Below the pieces are notes generated by a model. That model was not told the origin of the DNA and made no database searches. It saw nothing but the letters and a program-made list of their open reading frames with translations. A program made the position numbers and the translations under genes. A stretch of DNA of 64,000 bases from Nitrosopumilus sp. (lineage in GTDB: Archaea > Thermoproteota > Nitrososphaeria > Nitrososphaerales > Nitrosopumilaceae), in assembly GCA_965203315.1 (NCBI GenBank), contig OZ241857.1, positions 1,312,001 through 1,376,000 on the forward strand, read 5' to 3'. Shown here one piece after another: positions 1 to 10,101 of this stretch; position 1 is the stretch's first letter; the number at the start of each line of letters is the position of its first letter.

Positions 1-253
1 CTACAGTTATTGTCTTTGCACTCTCTCTGACCTTTTCAGACATAGATAGCAACTGAACGATATTTGTGTCGACTGGTGGGTAAAGTGACTGTACTATGAT
101 ACAATGTTCTTTAGGCAATGTACCAGGAATCGTAATCTTGTTCTCTCCATCAGCAAAAACTTTGAGTTTGGATTGTATGATCTTGGCATCTAACCCTTCT
201 GCTATTTTAGTCGCTAGCTCTGGCATATTACCAGAAATTACTGATACATTCAA
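1..253 (-). CDS. prs: Ribose-phosphate pyrophosphokinase (5' part, runs off window)
   Basis: Manual translation from TTG at 253: MNVSVISGNMPELATKIAEGLDAKIIQSKLKVFADGENKITI...IIVQSLYPPVD; F(A/P)DGE motif of PRPP synthetase. Not in ORF track. Confidence 0.9.
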   Translation of the reverse strand, partial: MNVSVISGNMPELATKIAEGLDAKIIQSKLKVFADGENKITIPGTLPKEHCIIVQSLYPPVDTNIVQLLSMSEKVRESAKTITV

Positions 254-291
254 TATTGGATCATATTGCAATGGGTATCTTAAGTTTTGAG

Positions 292-2031
292 CTAGTCGTC
301 TACTCCGCCGCGCGAGATATCACCTAAACCATACTCATTCAACACGTCGTCTCTATCTCTATCTAGTCTAGCAATCTCTTCTTCTTCTCGTTTTTCATCG
401 CCTTGATATATGGTTCTGATGGGCCATGGGATCCTAATATCATATCGCTTAAACTCTTCATACATGATCATTCTCAGATCAGTCTTTGTCTTAAACTGCC
501 CTCCATAATCTCGCACATATACCCACATCGAGAAATCAAGCGACGAGTCGTTAAAGTTGTCAAATCGTACCACGGGCTGAGATATATCTACAATTAGATC
601 TTTGTCGCAACCACAACTCGCTTTATTTTTATCTAAAAATGGACATCGACTCTGTCTAATTATGTGCCGTCCTTTATCATCCTTTATCTCTCTCATTCCA
701 CGTCTACCAACCTTTACTAGAATTGATGCTACCTGCTTTGGATCATTAAGATACGATACACCAACCTTTACAACAGCTGGTACGAGCTTGTTCTCTTTGG
801 TATAGTTTACAATCTGTGCTGTAATCAACTGTCTAGTTGGAATAACGGCAATCGACTCATACAATGCATCTCTGATATATGTGACTCTTGGTGTAATTTT
901 ATGTACATATCCATTGTATCCGGTGTCGAGTTTTACTCTATCTCCTTCAACAAAGATCTTGTCCTTTTTGATCATAATATACGCAAAATAGTTTTGCATA
1001 GTCTCTTGCAGTGCTAGTCCCAAACCAATAGAAAATCCACCGGTCGCAGTAGCGAGCACAAACAAGTCGACTCCCCACCATGCCATAACTCCTAGAATCA
1101 CAGCTATGAAAATTCCTATAGGAAGTATCTGTTTTGTAGATTTAGGCACACCCTTATTCTTCTTCTTTGCATAACCTGGCGGCCGTGAGCTCGGAATTAT
1201 AGGTTCATATCCATGCGAACGTTTCTCTTCGCGCCATGTATCTATTGGAAAGATCTCAGTCGGTGTCGCATTGGGTCTGAGCTTTATACCAGATTGATTA
1301 TTGCCTGTTATACAATTTTGATAATATTTCTTGTACTTTTTACGTTCAGACTCTTTCCATTCTTCGAATGGGTCATCCATCAATTTTTCAAATCCACCAA
1401 TTGGATTTCCCTTTGTGGTACGAAACTCTTCTAAATACTTTATACCTTCTTTGGTCTTTAATTTTGCTTGAAATTCCTCTTCGGTAATATCTTCCGGGGT
1501 GATCTTTGGAGGTACCCATTTGTAGAGCTTGTGAAATAGATCACCATCATCATCAACAAAACCACGCATCTCAAACCATGCATTAAAGTCCTGTTTCTCT
1601 TGTAACGACTTTTCACGTTTAGTAAGTATGATTGGAATGAGATATGCGATTGTATAACCGATCACTAGAATATCAAACGTGTTGAGAATCTTTGCAAACG
1701 TATCATGCGCTGATATTCGTTCATCCCCACTAAGTATATCTTCATCTACCAGTACGCCAGTCTGCGTATGTATGTTCAATGCAGTGATTAACGCAATCGC
1801 AAAGACTGGTAGTACCGCTTGCCTGATGAATCTTGAAATGTGAGGACGTTCATAGTAAAACTTTTGTGATCTTACCCATGATGAGAACTTGCGATATGCC
1901 ATAGCTATGCCTATTATGCCTATGATCATCATGGAGAATATTATCTGAATCTGCTCTGAAGCAGCTAAGAGGTGAGATACTGCCTCAAACTCTCCAGCTG
2001 ACATCTGTGCAAGTTGCTCCTCTTGAACCAT
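292..2031 (-). CDS. mscS: MscS-family small-conductance mechanosensitive channel with extra N-terminal TM segments and a large soluble insert
   Basis: GLGLALQETMQNYFA, F..GDRV, G.V.KI, V.VGVSY, FNDSSLDF, I.IPWP motifs of the MscS core. Confidence 0.88.
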   Translation of the reverse strand: MVQEEQLAQMSAGEFEAVSHLLAASEQIQIIFSMMIIGIIGIAMAYRKFSSWVRSQKFYYERPHISRFIRQAVLPVFAIALITALNIHTQTGVLVDEDILSGDERISAHDTFAKILNTFDILVIGYTIAYLIPIILTKREKSLQEKQDFNAWFEMRGFVDDDGDLFHKLYKWVPPKITPEDITEEEFQAKLKTKEGIKYLEEFRTTKGNPIGGFEKLMDDPFEEWKESERKKYKKYYQNCITGNNQSGIKLRPNATPTEIFPIDTWREEKRSHGYEPIIPSSRPPGYAKKKNKGVPKSTKQILPIGIFIAVILGVMAWWGVDLFVLATATGGFSIGLGLALQETMQNYFAYIMIKKDKIFVEGDRVKLDTGYNGYVHKITPRVTYIRDALYESIAVIPTRQLITAQIVNYTKENKLVPAVVKVGVSYLNDPKQVASILVKVGRRGMREIKDDKGRHIIRQSRCPFLDKNKASCGCDKDLIVDISQPVVRFDNFNDSSLDFSMWVYVRDYGGQFKTKTDLRMIMYEEFKRYDIRIPWPIRTIYQGDEKREEEEIARLDRDRDDVLNEYGLGDISRGGVDD

Positions 2032-2205
2032 ATTCTAGTCCTCGTCTTACCGCCATAAAGCGTTTATTATCATACTTGCAAATACAAGCCTCAAACTCTC
2101 CTGTATGAAGATCAATTATAATACGTCTAAACACGGTGGCAATCCTACATACCAAAATCCTCCCAGTTATGTAACATTTAACAACAAGTATAATCTAGTC
2201 AATTC

Positions 2206-3564
2206 ATGGCAAGTCAAGAGTCAGTTTGGGATGGATCTCCATCACTACGCTCATACACACTTACAAACTTTCGTGATCTCGAACCCATCCAAAAGCTCGA
2301 TGAAGAGAAAAAATTTGAGATGGAGGTAGTTGGAAACGTACTGCCTTTTAAGGCTAATAATTATGTGGTTGAGAACCTCATCAATTGGGATGATATTCCA
2401 AATGATCCCATGTTTGTATTGACCTTTCCTCAAAAGGGCATGTTGTTACCAGAACATTATGCAAAGATGGAGTCTACACTAAAAAACACATCTGATAAGA
2501 AAGAGATTGCAGCAGTTGCAAACGAGATTAGATTACAGCTCAATCCTCATCCAGCTGGTCAGATGGAACTTAATGTTCCTACATTAAAAGATGGAACCAA
2601 ACTCTACGGAATGCAACACAAGTACAAAGAGACATGCCTCTTCTTTCCTAGTCAGAGTCAGACATGCCACGCATACTGTAGCTTTTGTTTTAGATGGCCA
2701 CAGTTTGTAGGAATGGATGAGATGAAGTTCGCAATGCAAGAAGGAGAACAACTTGTACAGTATGTCTCTGAACACCCTGAAATATCTGACGTATTATTTA
2801 CAGGCGGTGATCCAATGATCATGAAAGCTAGAATATTTGGCAAGTATGTTGAGGGATTGATCGATGCCAAACTACCAAACCTCAAAACTATCAGAATTGG
2901 TACCAAGGCATTATCGTACTGGCCATACAAGTTTCTTACAGACTCTGATTCTGAAGAGATGTTGAGTATACTACAAAGGATAACAGATAGTGGAATCCAT
3001 GTTGCACTTATGGCACATTTTAATCATATCAATGAAATGCCCACACCTGCACTCAAAGATGCAATAGCTCAAGTAAGAAAGACTGGAACACAGATTCGAA
3101 CACAGTCTCCGTTGTTGGCGCACATCAACGATGACTCAGACATGTGGGCAAGAATGTGGTCAAAACAAGTCCAAATGGGTTGTATTCCATATTACATGTT
3201 TGCTGTACGCGATACCGGAGCTCAACATTACTTTGGCGTTCCATTGGTTAGAGCCCACAAGATCTTTAGATCTGCATATTCGCTAGTCAGTGGATTAGCA
3301 CGAACAGTTCGCGGTCCTAGCATGTCAGCTACACCAGGTAAGGTACATGTTATCGGAACTACAACTATAGGTGATCAAAGAGCCATAGTCTTAGGATTCT
3401 TACAGGGAAGAAATCCAGATTGGGTACAACGACCATTCTTTGCAAAATATGATGAGAATGCAGTTTGGCTAGATGAACTCAAACCATTCTCAGGAGAAAA
3501 ATTCTTCTTTGAGGATGAGATGAATGCATTCAAATCTCAACGTAAATCTGAGATGAATCAATAG
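2206..3564 (+). CDS. KamA-family radical SAM/PLP 2,3-aminomutase (substrate uncertain)
   Basis: HKY, CHAYCSFCFR (CxxxCxxC), FTGGDP, IRIGT, HFNH, PYY and PGK (PLP Lys) motifs. Confidence 0.85.
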   Translation: MASQESVWDGSPSLRSYTLTNFRDLEPIQKLDEEKKFEMEVVGNVLPFKANNYVVENLINWDDIPNDPMFVLTFPQKGMLLPEHYAKMESTLKNTSDKKEIAAVANEIRLQLNPHPAGQMELNVPTLKDGTKLYGMQHKYKETCLFFPSQSQTCHAYCSFCFRWPQFVGMDEMKFAMQEGEQLVQYVSEHPEISDVLFTGGDPMIMKARIFGKYVEGLIDAKLPNLKTIRIGTKALSYWPYKFLTDSDSEEMLSILQRITDSGIHVALMAHFNHINEMPTPALKDAIAQVRKTGTQIRTQSPLLAHINDDSDMWARMWSKQVQMGCIPYYMFAVRDTGAQHYFGVPLVRAHKIFRSAYSLVSGLARTVRGPSMSATPGKVHVIGTTTIGDQRAIVLGFLQGRNPDWVQRPFFAKYDENAVWLDELKPFSGEKFFFEDEMNAFKSQRKSEMNQ

Positions 3565-3785
3565 ATAATTTTTTTACATTAATAATAACAATCATGTTGA
3601 TTTCAGGCAATATTTCATAATAATTCAAACAAAAGAAGCTCAAACATGAACTACAAAACAATTGCATCTGGTAGAAACAAACTGCTTTTATGATATACGA
3701 TCATATTTTTTATCTATAGTCTACAAAAACTATGATAAATTATCTACACATACTATTAATAACTCAACATAGAAACAAATGTAAA

Positions 3786-5231
3786 TTGGATGTAAAACAA
3801 ATATTTCAAACCATTGAAGACCAACATATATCGTTTATTGATTTCTGGTTTGTTGATATCTTTGGTGAGTTACATAACGTGGGAATGCCAAGCTATTCAA
3901 TTGATGAACAAAACTTTGTAACCGGACTAGAAAAATTGGACGCGAGTTCGATTGTTGGATTCAAATCAGTAAACCAATCTGATATGATATTGCTACCAGA
4001 TCCTAGTACGTTTAAAATTTTACCATCAGATTATGATCCAGGTCAAAGAAAGAATGCCAGAATATTTTGTGATCTATATGACGGTAGTGTCACACCTTCT
4101 GATAGGTACAACAGGGATTCTAGGAGTATTGCATTTAAGACATCTGAGAAATTAAAAGAGTTTGGAGTCACCAGTACAAAATGGGGTCCAGAGATCGAGT
4201 TTTTTGTATTTGATGCAATCAATGTATATCCCTCTCCATACGCAGCAACTCACTCATATGGTGGTTCTGGATACTCTATCGAATCTAAAGAGTCACCATG
4301 GTCAAAAGGAAATGTCAGCACGGCGATTGGTATCAAAGAAGGATACTATCCATCTCAACCAAAGGACACTTTGGAGGGATTTAGAAAGGATGTATGTGAT
4401 GATCTACATAACTACTTTGGAATAAATATTGAAGCTGAACATCACGAAGTTGCCACATCTGGACAATGTGAGATCAACTTGGTATATGGTGAGATGATTC
4501 CTACTGCCGACAATGTAATTGCTGTAAAGAATCTAGTAAAAGTAAAAGCGAAACGAAAGAACAAAGTTGCAACGTTTATGCCAAAACCACTCTTTGGTGA
4601 TAATGCATCAGCTATGCATACACATCAAAGTTTGTGGAATGGTACTACAAATGTAATGTATGATGAAAATGACGGTGTTGCACAGATTAGTCAGACTGCT
4701 AGGTATTATATTGGTGGAATACTAAGTCACGCGTCTGCATTATGTGCAATAACCAATCCTACAACAAACTCGTACAAGCGTCTTATTCCCGGATTTGAGG
4801 CGCCCGTAAACGTATGTTGGGGAATGGGAAATCGATCTGCTGCTATCCGTGTTCCAATGTATGCTAGAAACCAAGAGAAAAGTAAGAGAATTGAGTATAG
4901 AGTTCCTGATCCTACATCAAATATCTATCTACTCGAATCTGCATTGCTTTTAGCCGGTTTAGATGGAATAAAGAACAAGATTGATCCAGGCGATCCTGTA
5001 GAAGAGAATGTATACAAACTCTCACCTGAGAAGAAACGAGAGTACAATATAGGCTCACTACCTGTATCTCTCAAAGGTGCACTAGACTCGCTTGGCAGCG
5101 ACTCGAAATTTTTAGAAAGCATCTTTACTAGAGATTTTCTTGATGCTTACATCGATCTAAAATACAAAGAGTATACAGCATTTGCACAGACCCCAACAGC
5201 TTGGGAAGTATCAATGTATGCAGATGCTTGA
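3786..5231 (+). CDS. glnA: Glutamine synthetase type I
   Basis: DASSI.GF, SDM.L.PD, GPE.EFF, HHEVA..QCEI, FMPKP, NSYKRL.PGFEAP, NRSA.IRVP, IEYR.PD; probable TTG start at 3786 within ORF 3732..5231. Confidence 0.95.
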   Translation: MDVKQIFQTIEDQHISFIDFWFVDIFGELHNVGMPSYSIDEQNFVTGLEKLDASSIVGFKSVNQSDMILLPDPSTFKILPSDYDPGQRKNARIFCDLYDGSVTPSDRYNRDSRSIAFKTSEKLKEFGVTSTKWGPEIEFFVFDAINVYPSPYAATHSYGGSGYSIESKESPWSKGNVSTAIGIKEGYYPSQPKDTLEGFRKDVCDDLHNYFGINIEAEHHEVATSGQCEINLVYGEMIPTADNVIAVKNLVKVKAKRKNKVATFMPKPLFGDNASAMHTHQSLWNGTTNVMYDENDGVAQISQTARYYIGGILSHASALCAITNPTTNSYKRLIPGFEAPVNVCWGMGNRSAAIRVPMYARNQEKSKRIEYRVPDPTSNIYLLESALLLAGLDGIKNKIDPGDPVEENVYKLSPEKKREYNIGSLPVSLKGALDSLGSDSKFLESIFTRDFLDAYIDLKYKEYTAFAQTPTAWEVSMYADA

Positions 5232-5290
5232 TTGGTACAAATATCAAATACCGCCTAACCTTTTTAAAATATATTCAAGAATTTTTTTAT

Positions 5291-6010
5291 ATGAAAGTAC
5301 ATGCTATACTGATTTTATTTGTTGTTGGATTTGTCGGCGTAGCACACGCACATACAGTCGACTCTGTAGGTGAGTATAGAGTTGAGATAGGGTGGTTGAA
5401 TGAGCCAGTAGTATCTGGCGAGACAAACGCAATCGAGTTCTTTGCGAGCCCATTAGAACCATGTCCAGATATCAAAGATCGTATAAAATGTGCAGAATCA
5501 CAACCATTCGAGGATGGCATAGCTGGTCTAGAGGATACAGTCAAGATGAAGCTGTTATTCAAAGGCAAGACCATAACACTTCCACTAGTGGCCGATCATA
5601 ACACAATAGGTCAATATCATGCATTTGTCACCCCTACAGTATCCGGATTCTATCAAGCAAACATAATTGGTACGATACAAGATACTCCAATAAGCTTGTC
5701 CATGCATCCACCAAAGGTTGAAGAGAGAGCATACATCGAGTTTCCTGAACCCATAGATCTAGCAACAATCCAACTCCTTGATAAACAAGAGTTGATTGAT
5801 AGTAACATCACATCGATCACAGATGATGTTACATCTCTAAAAGTGACTATCAATGATCTACGCGACGAGGTGGAAACTCTCAGACAAGTCATGGATGCAT
5901 CTGACACTCAAGATATGTCGGCTTTTGGCAGTATAGGTACTGTACTTGGATCAGTAGGGGTTGCACTAGCCATCTTTGCAATAATTCGCTCAAGACAAAA
6001 TACTCGCTAG
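5291..6010 (+). CDS. Secreted/membrane-anchored hypothetical protein (signal peptide, coiled coil, C-terminal TM)
   Basis: ATG 5291 gives signal peptide MKVHAILILFVVGFVGVAHA-H; C-terminal hydrophobic helix followed by basic tail. Confidence 0.7.
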   Translation: MKVHAILILFVVGFVGVAHAHTVDSVGEYRVEIGWLNEPVVSGETNAIEFFASPLEPCPDIKDRIKCAESQPFEDGIAGLEDTVKMKLLFKGKTITLPLVADHNTIGQYHAFVTPTVSGFYQANIIGTIQDTPISLSMHPPKVEERAYIEFPEPIDLATIQLLDKQELIDSNITSITDDVTSLKVTINDLRDEVETLRQVMDASDTQDMSAFGSIGTVLGSVGVALAIFAIIRSRQNTR

Positions 6011-6064
6011 GTAAATATCGTTAATAAACTAAAAGTATAGGATTACCAAAATTGAATTGGCAAG

Positions 6065-7195
6065 ATGGTAGAGAGTAATTATGACATACTAGGCATCGTC
6101 GAAGGTTCAACTGAAGCAGAGATTAGAGATGCGTTTAGACAACTCGCACTCCAGTTCCATGCAGATCGTGGTGGTGAGAATGAACAGTTTATCAAAATAA
6201 AACAGGCATATGAAGATCTCAAAATTGGAAAAAAGTATCCTGACACTGATATTGAGAGATTAAAGAATTCACGTGTATATGCTGACGAGAATGATGCAGA
6301 CGTACGTAGGAGAAACCAGATCTTTGGACAACAGATATCAAAAGATATGGCTACTGCTCAAGAGTGGGCAGCCGCATTAAATCGTTCAAGCGCAACTGCG
6401 TCTAGGCTATTTGGTTCAAAGACACTTGGTGAGATTGAGATAGAACGCAAAGCAAACGGTGCACTATCCATAAAAGGAAACTTTATGGCAGGCAGCTTTC
6501 GATATGACGGTCCAATCATAATGCAAGGAAATATCTCTAGTCCTTCTTGGACACAAGAGTATCAGACTAGTATTGAGATCACTATGGGCGACTTTAAGTT
6601 TGTTGAACCTATAAAGAACAAGTACAAGATCGATAATGGTGCTCGAATAGTAGCACATGACGGTAATATCTTTGTTGGTAATATCTTTGGTAACAAGTTT
6701 CGTGTTGCAGATCCAGAAGGCCGAGTTGGAGTGTATCATATCATAGAACATAGAACATTTGTTGCTGCACCAAAAGGAAAGATAATAGCTGATAATGTAG
6801 TCAATACCGTCCATCTAGTAGCCGATACCATAATGCTTTATAACGCGGAAGATAACGTAATACTCGAAGCACGTGATATTCTATTTTATGGTAACAAGCT
6901 TACCTACGATTGTGTCATCAAACTAAAACAAGGCGGTTCCATACGATTCTTTGAGACATTCTCTATTCAAGGACTTAGCGGTGACGCAATAATTGAGTTA
7001 GATAATGGCAAGAAGATACGATTGTTTAATCTAAAGACCAAAAAGATTCGTGATCTTGCAGACGAGTTTGTACAAAACAAGGATTATGAAAAAGACGCAA
7101 CTATGGTTGGGGGCGGATTTACGATCACATATGATATGTTAGATAGTTTCTACAAGAAGCCTAAACGTAGATGGGGATTTGGTCGTTCAAATTAA
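6065..7195 (+). CDS. J-domain (DnaJ-like) protein
   Basis: N-terminal NYDILG...EIRDAFRQLALQFHADRGG...F.KIKQAYE.L; HPD is replaced by HAD. Confidence 0.8.
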   Translation: MVESNYDILGIVEGSTEAEIRDAFRQLALQFHADRGGENEQFIKIKQAYEDLKIGKKYPDTDIERLKNSRVYADENDADVRRRNQIFGQQISKDMATAQEWAAALNRSSATASRLFGSKTLGEIEIERKANGALSIKGNFMAGSFRYDGPIIMQGNISSPSWTQEYQTSIEITMGDFKFVEPIKNKYKIDNGARIVAHDGNIFVGNIFGNKFRVADPEGRVGVYHIIEHRTFVAAPKGKIIADNVVNTVHLVADTIMLYNAEDNVILEARDILFYGNKLTYDCVIKLKQGGSIRFFETFSIQGLSGDAIIELDNGKKIRLFNLKTKKIRDLADEFVQNKDYEKDATMVGGGFTITYDMLDSFYKKPKRRWGFGRSN

Positions 7196-7275
7196 TCTTC
7201 TCGATCAACTACCGATTCCAACTCTGACTAGATACAAAACTGTAAATTGCTTATTTTTGATTGTGAACTAACCAG

Positions 7276-7393
7276 GGATCTCTTCGGTTTACGTGGGATA
7301 AAATGGTCACAGAAAAAGCACTACAAGATTCTGTGGGAGAAAATTATGGAAAAAGTCTTACGAAATTCCATCACACGTAAATCGAAGAGATCC
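7276..7393. mobile_element. MITE family A, copy 1 (118 bp)
   Basis: TIR GGATCTCTTCGGTTTACGTG...CACGTAAATCGAAGAGATCC; interior homologous to copies at 30124, 57237 and 61815; no TSD retained. Confidence 0.85.
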
Positions 7394-7521
7394 TAGTGGA
7401 GATATCACTTTAAAAAAGCAGTGATATTATAAAAACTTGGAAAAGATGAAGAACTATTGTTGAAACGTATTCCAAAAGTAAAAGAAAGTCTAGAAAAGGA
7501 TTTAAGAAAATAATCGATTAA

Positions 7522-7659
7522 TTATTTCTTCTTTGGTCTAGAACTTACAGGTATCTCATCATTTGTTGTACTAGATACCTCTTGTCTACTACCTATTAGA
7601 TTTGTGTACTGTGCGGATTCGTTTTCCGTTCTACTCCGTTTTGGATGTTCATCTACCAT
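7522..7659 (-). CDS. Putative 45-aa hydrophilic small protein
   Basis: ATG..TAA ORF MVDEHPKRSRTENESAQYTNLIGSRQEVSSTTNDEIPVSSRPKKK filling an intergenic gap; no recognisable motif. Confidence 0.35.
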   Translation of the reverse strand: MVDEHPKRSRTENESAQYTNLIGSRQEVSSTTNDEIPVSSRPKKK

Positions 7660-7952
7660 ATGATACGTTACTCTCTTGAACTATTTGAGTTTTGTCCAAT
7701 TGACGGAGGTTGATATTTTCTGCACAAAATTTTCGAAAAATTTTACAAAATATGGAAACGATCTCATATTGGATATCGTAAATCTGCTGTTTTGAGTCTC
7801 ATATTGTAAGTTCATTGAGATAACACCATCACGATCTCAACCCTCGCCAATTGAACAGAACCTAAATTTTTCAAGAACTGGTACATTATGTCACAAAACT
7901 AGGTACCACACGTAGAGTATCACTTTTAAAAATAAGAAAAAAGAGATCTAGT

Positions 7953-8252
7953 CTAGTCGACTAGTTCAGTCCAACCTTTTACGAAGACGGAGTTTTTGTA
8001 GAGTGGAACTGGTTGTCCAACAGTAAAGTCCATTGGTCTCATCCAAAAGATTGCCTTTGTTGGGCATACGCCGATGCATGCACCATCAGAGATACAACGC
8101 TCTGGGTAAAAGACGAATGCTTTACCTCTCTTCCAGCCTTCAACTGGTTTTACTCGAAGTACATCTGGACCCAAAGTTGTACAAATCTCTACACATAGTG
8201 CACAGCCTATACACATTTGTTCGCTGATGTCCGGAATAATTCCTACTGGCAT
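7953..8252 (-). CDS. 2[4Fe-4S] ferredoxin-like protein
   Basis: CIGCALCVEIC and CISDGACIGVCP motifs; likely start MPVG at 8252. Confidence 0.92.
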   Translation of the reverse strand: MPVGIIPDISEQMCIGCALCVEICTTLGPDVLRVKPVEGWKRGKAFVFYPERCISDGACIGVCPTKAIFWMRPMDFTVGQPVPLYKNSVFVKGWTELVD

Positions 8253-8307
8253 AACAGATTCAAGTTCGTTATACATCATTAATATAATTTACCCAAGATC
8301 TTTCTAC

Positions 8308-8340
8308 TATAACGCCGTTTGAGATATTATAACGCCGTTT
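8308..8340. repeat. 13-bp direct repeat TATAACGCCGTTT x2 (7-bp spacer)
   Basis: Copies at 8308-8320 and 8328-8340, at the 3' end of the 8327..8929 gene and upstream of the ferredoxin. Confidence 0.7.
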
Positions 8341-8929
8341 TTATGTTGTCTAAACTAGTTCGCATCATAAACGAACCATCGTTACCGATCTCATATATTG
8401 TAAGATGATCGTCTTCTCTTCCAACATGATACGTGCCTGTCAGATCGCAATTGATCAACTGCCTTCCTCCTGGAGCTAGCACCCATTCCTTCTCTCTCTT
8501 TCTTGCCATACAAGTAACCATGATCGACGATCCGTTATCTCTCCCCACAACAGCTAACATCATTATACATGCATTTACTAGTCGTATCGAGTCTAGATCT
8601 AGACTACTATACAGTCCATTTAGCGAGTCGACTATGACATGCGTTCTCTTGCTTACAACTCTTCTCATAATCTCTGCAAACTTTATTCTCCAATCTCCTA
8701 TACTTGGACAGACTATGGAGACAAAGGGCTGTGTCTTGATCATATGTGATCTTGTATATCCAGAGTAAAGCAGATCCATATCCACAAAGATTACTGGGTC
8801 GGTAGATGAGTCGATCATATGGCTGAGAAATGCCATCTTTGAGAACGGTTCATCGCATAGTATTACACTAAGAACGTCTCGATCAAACTTGTCAAAGATA
8901 TCTCTGCTCTTAGGATTTTTATCCAACAC
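8327..8929 (-). CDS. Conserved hypothetical protein, degenerate RecA/KaiC-like fold
   Basis: VIFVD.D and VIVDSLN (Walker-B-like) strands; no intact Walker A. Confidence 0.6.
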   Translation of the reverse strand: MLDKNPKSRDIFDKFDRDVLSVILCDEPFSKMAFLSHMIDSSTDPVIFVDMDLLYSGYTRSHMIKTQPFVSIVCPSIGDWRIKFAEIMRRVVSKRTHVIVDSLNGLYSSLDLDSIRLVNACIMMLAVVGRDNGSSIMVTCMARKREKEWVLAPGGRQLINCDLTGTYHVGREDDHLTIYEIGNDGSFMMRTSLDNIKTAL

Positions 8930-8952
8930 ATGTCAAACTCCATTAGATATTA

Positions 8953-10101
8953 ATGAATTTACATAAAGATATTATCGATGACTTTCCCCATGCGGGACAA
9001 ATCTATCTGAATAATGCGTCAACATCTCTGATGCCCTCACAAAGTATCACAGCTATGAACGAGTTTCTCATAGAGTACAACTCACTAGGTCCAGATTCTA
9101 CTAAATCAAATGCCTATGTCGTCGAGAAGCTACAGAGTGTCAGAAAGCTCATAGCAAAAATTATTGCATGTCAACCAGACGAGGTTGTTCTAACTCAGAG
9201 CACTACAGATGGCGTCAATATAGTCGCAAATGGCATCATACTTGACTCTAACTCTAATATTATAATTAGAGGAATGACACACGAGCACCACTCGAATCTC
9301 TATCCGTGGTTAAATTTATCCAAGAGATCTCTGATCAAGAGTTTGCCAATCGATAAAGATGGATTCTTTAACATCGATGATCTAAAAGAGCAGATTGATG
9401 ACAACACCAAACTTGTAACTCTAAGTCACGCATTATACAATACTGGAACAGTTCTACCAATAGAAGAGATTGCTTCTGTTCTTCAAGATACAACTCCATT
9501 CTTTCTCGATAGTGCTCAAACGGTTGGATGTATGGGAATGCTCGATGTATCAAAACTTGGGTGTAACTTTATGTCATTTAACGGATCAAAGTGGCTTTGT
9601 GGTCCTATGGGTACTGGTATATTTTACTGCAGCAGACGATCAAGTGATCTGCTGAAACCTACAACTATTGGTGGCGAATCTGCACTATTGTACGACGCCA
9701 CAAACTTGGCGTTCAAAGATCTTCCCGACAAGTTTCAGACCGGATTTAGAAACTATGTCGGTATGGTCGGTCTAGAGTCTTCCATAAACTATCTCTTAAA
9801 ATTTGGAATGGATAACATACGTCAAAAGAATATGCGACTAGCTAATCTCTTACGCGATGAGCTGATCAAGATTCCAAATATAGTCGTGTATGGTCCTGAT
9901 GATCCAAAACAGAGAACTAGTATTGTATCATTTAATGTTACAGGCACCGATCCTCGAGCCATTGTTGATAGATTGGAAGAGCAAGGAATCATCTTAGCAG
10001 TTCGTGAGATTTATGATCAAAAGATTGTGCGTGTAGCACCGCATTTCTTCAATCGTGAATCTGATATGATGAGACTAGTCGATGCGATAAGATGCCTATA
10101 G
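8953..10101 (+). CDS. Class V PLP aminotransferase / SufS-like fold enzyme lacking the catalytic Cys loop
   Basis: YLNNAS, STT.G.N, EHHSN, DSAQ, NGSKWLCGP.GTG (PLP Lys). Confidence 0.85.
   Translation: MNLHKDIIDDFPHAGQIYLNNASTSLMPSQSITAMNEFLIEYNSLGPDSTKSNAYVVEKLQSVRKLIAKIIACQPDEVVLTQSTTDGVNIVANGIILDSNSNIIIRGMTHEHHSNLYPWLNLSKRSLIKSLPIDKDGFFNIDDLKEQIDDNTKLVTLSHALYNTGTVLPIEEIASVLQDTTPFFLDSAQTVGCMGMLDVSKLGCNFMSFNGSKWLCGPMGTGIFYCSRRSSDLLKPTTIGGESALLYDATNLAFKDLPDKFQTGFRNYVGMVGLESSINYLLKFGMDNIRQKNMRLANLLRDELIKIPNIVVYGPDDPKQRTSIVSFNVTGTDPRAIVDRLEEQGIILAVREIYDQKIVRVAPHFFNRESDMMRLVDAIRCL

Noticed and set aside
3732-3785. N-terminal extension of GlnA (similar upstream starts at 5201, 23704, 47018 and 53261)
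   Set aside because: These stretches overlap AT-rich promoter sequence or upstream genes; downstream starts match the family N-termini.
7394-7513. Coding-like fragment LGKDEELLLKRIPKVKESLEKDLRK after MITE copy 1
   Set aside because: An in-frame stop lies just upstream; too short to assign, at most a gene remnant.
8308-8340. 13-bp direct repeat as a regulatory site or excision footprint
   Set aside because: The repeat is real, but one copy is coding and there is no other evidence; a local duplication explains it.
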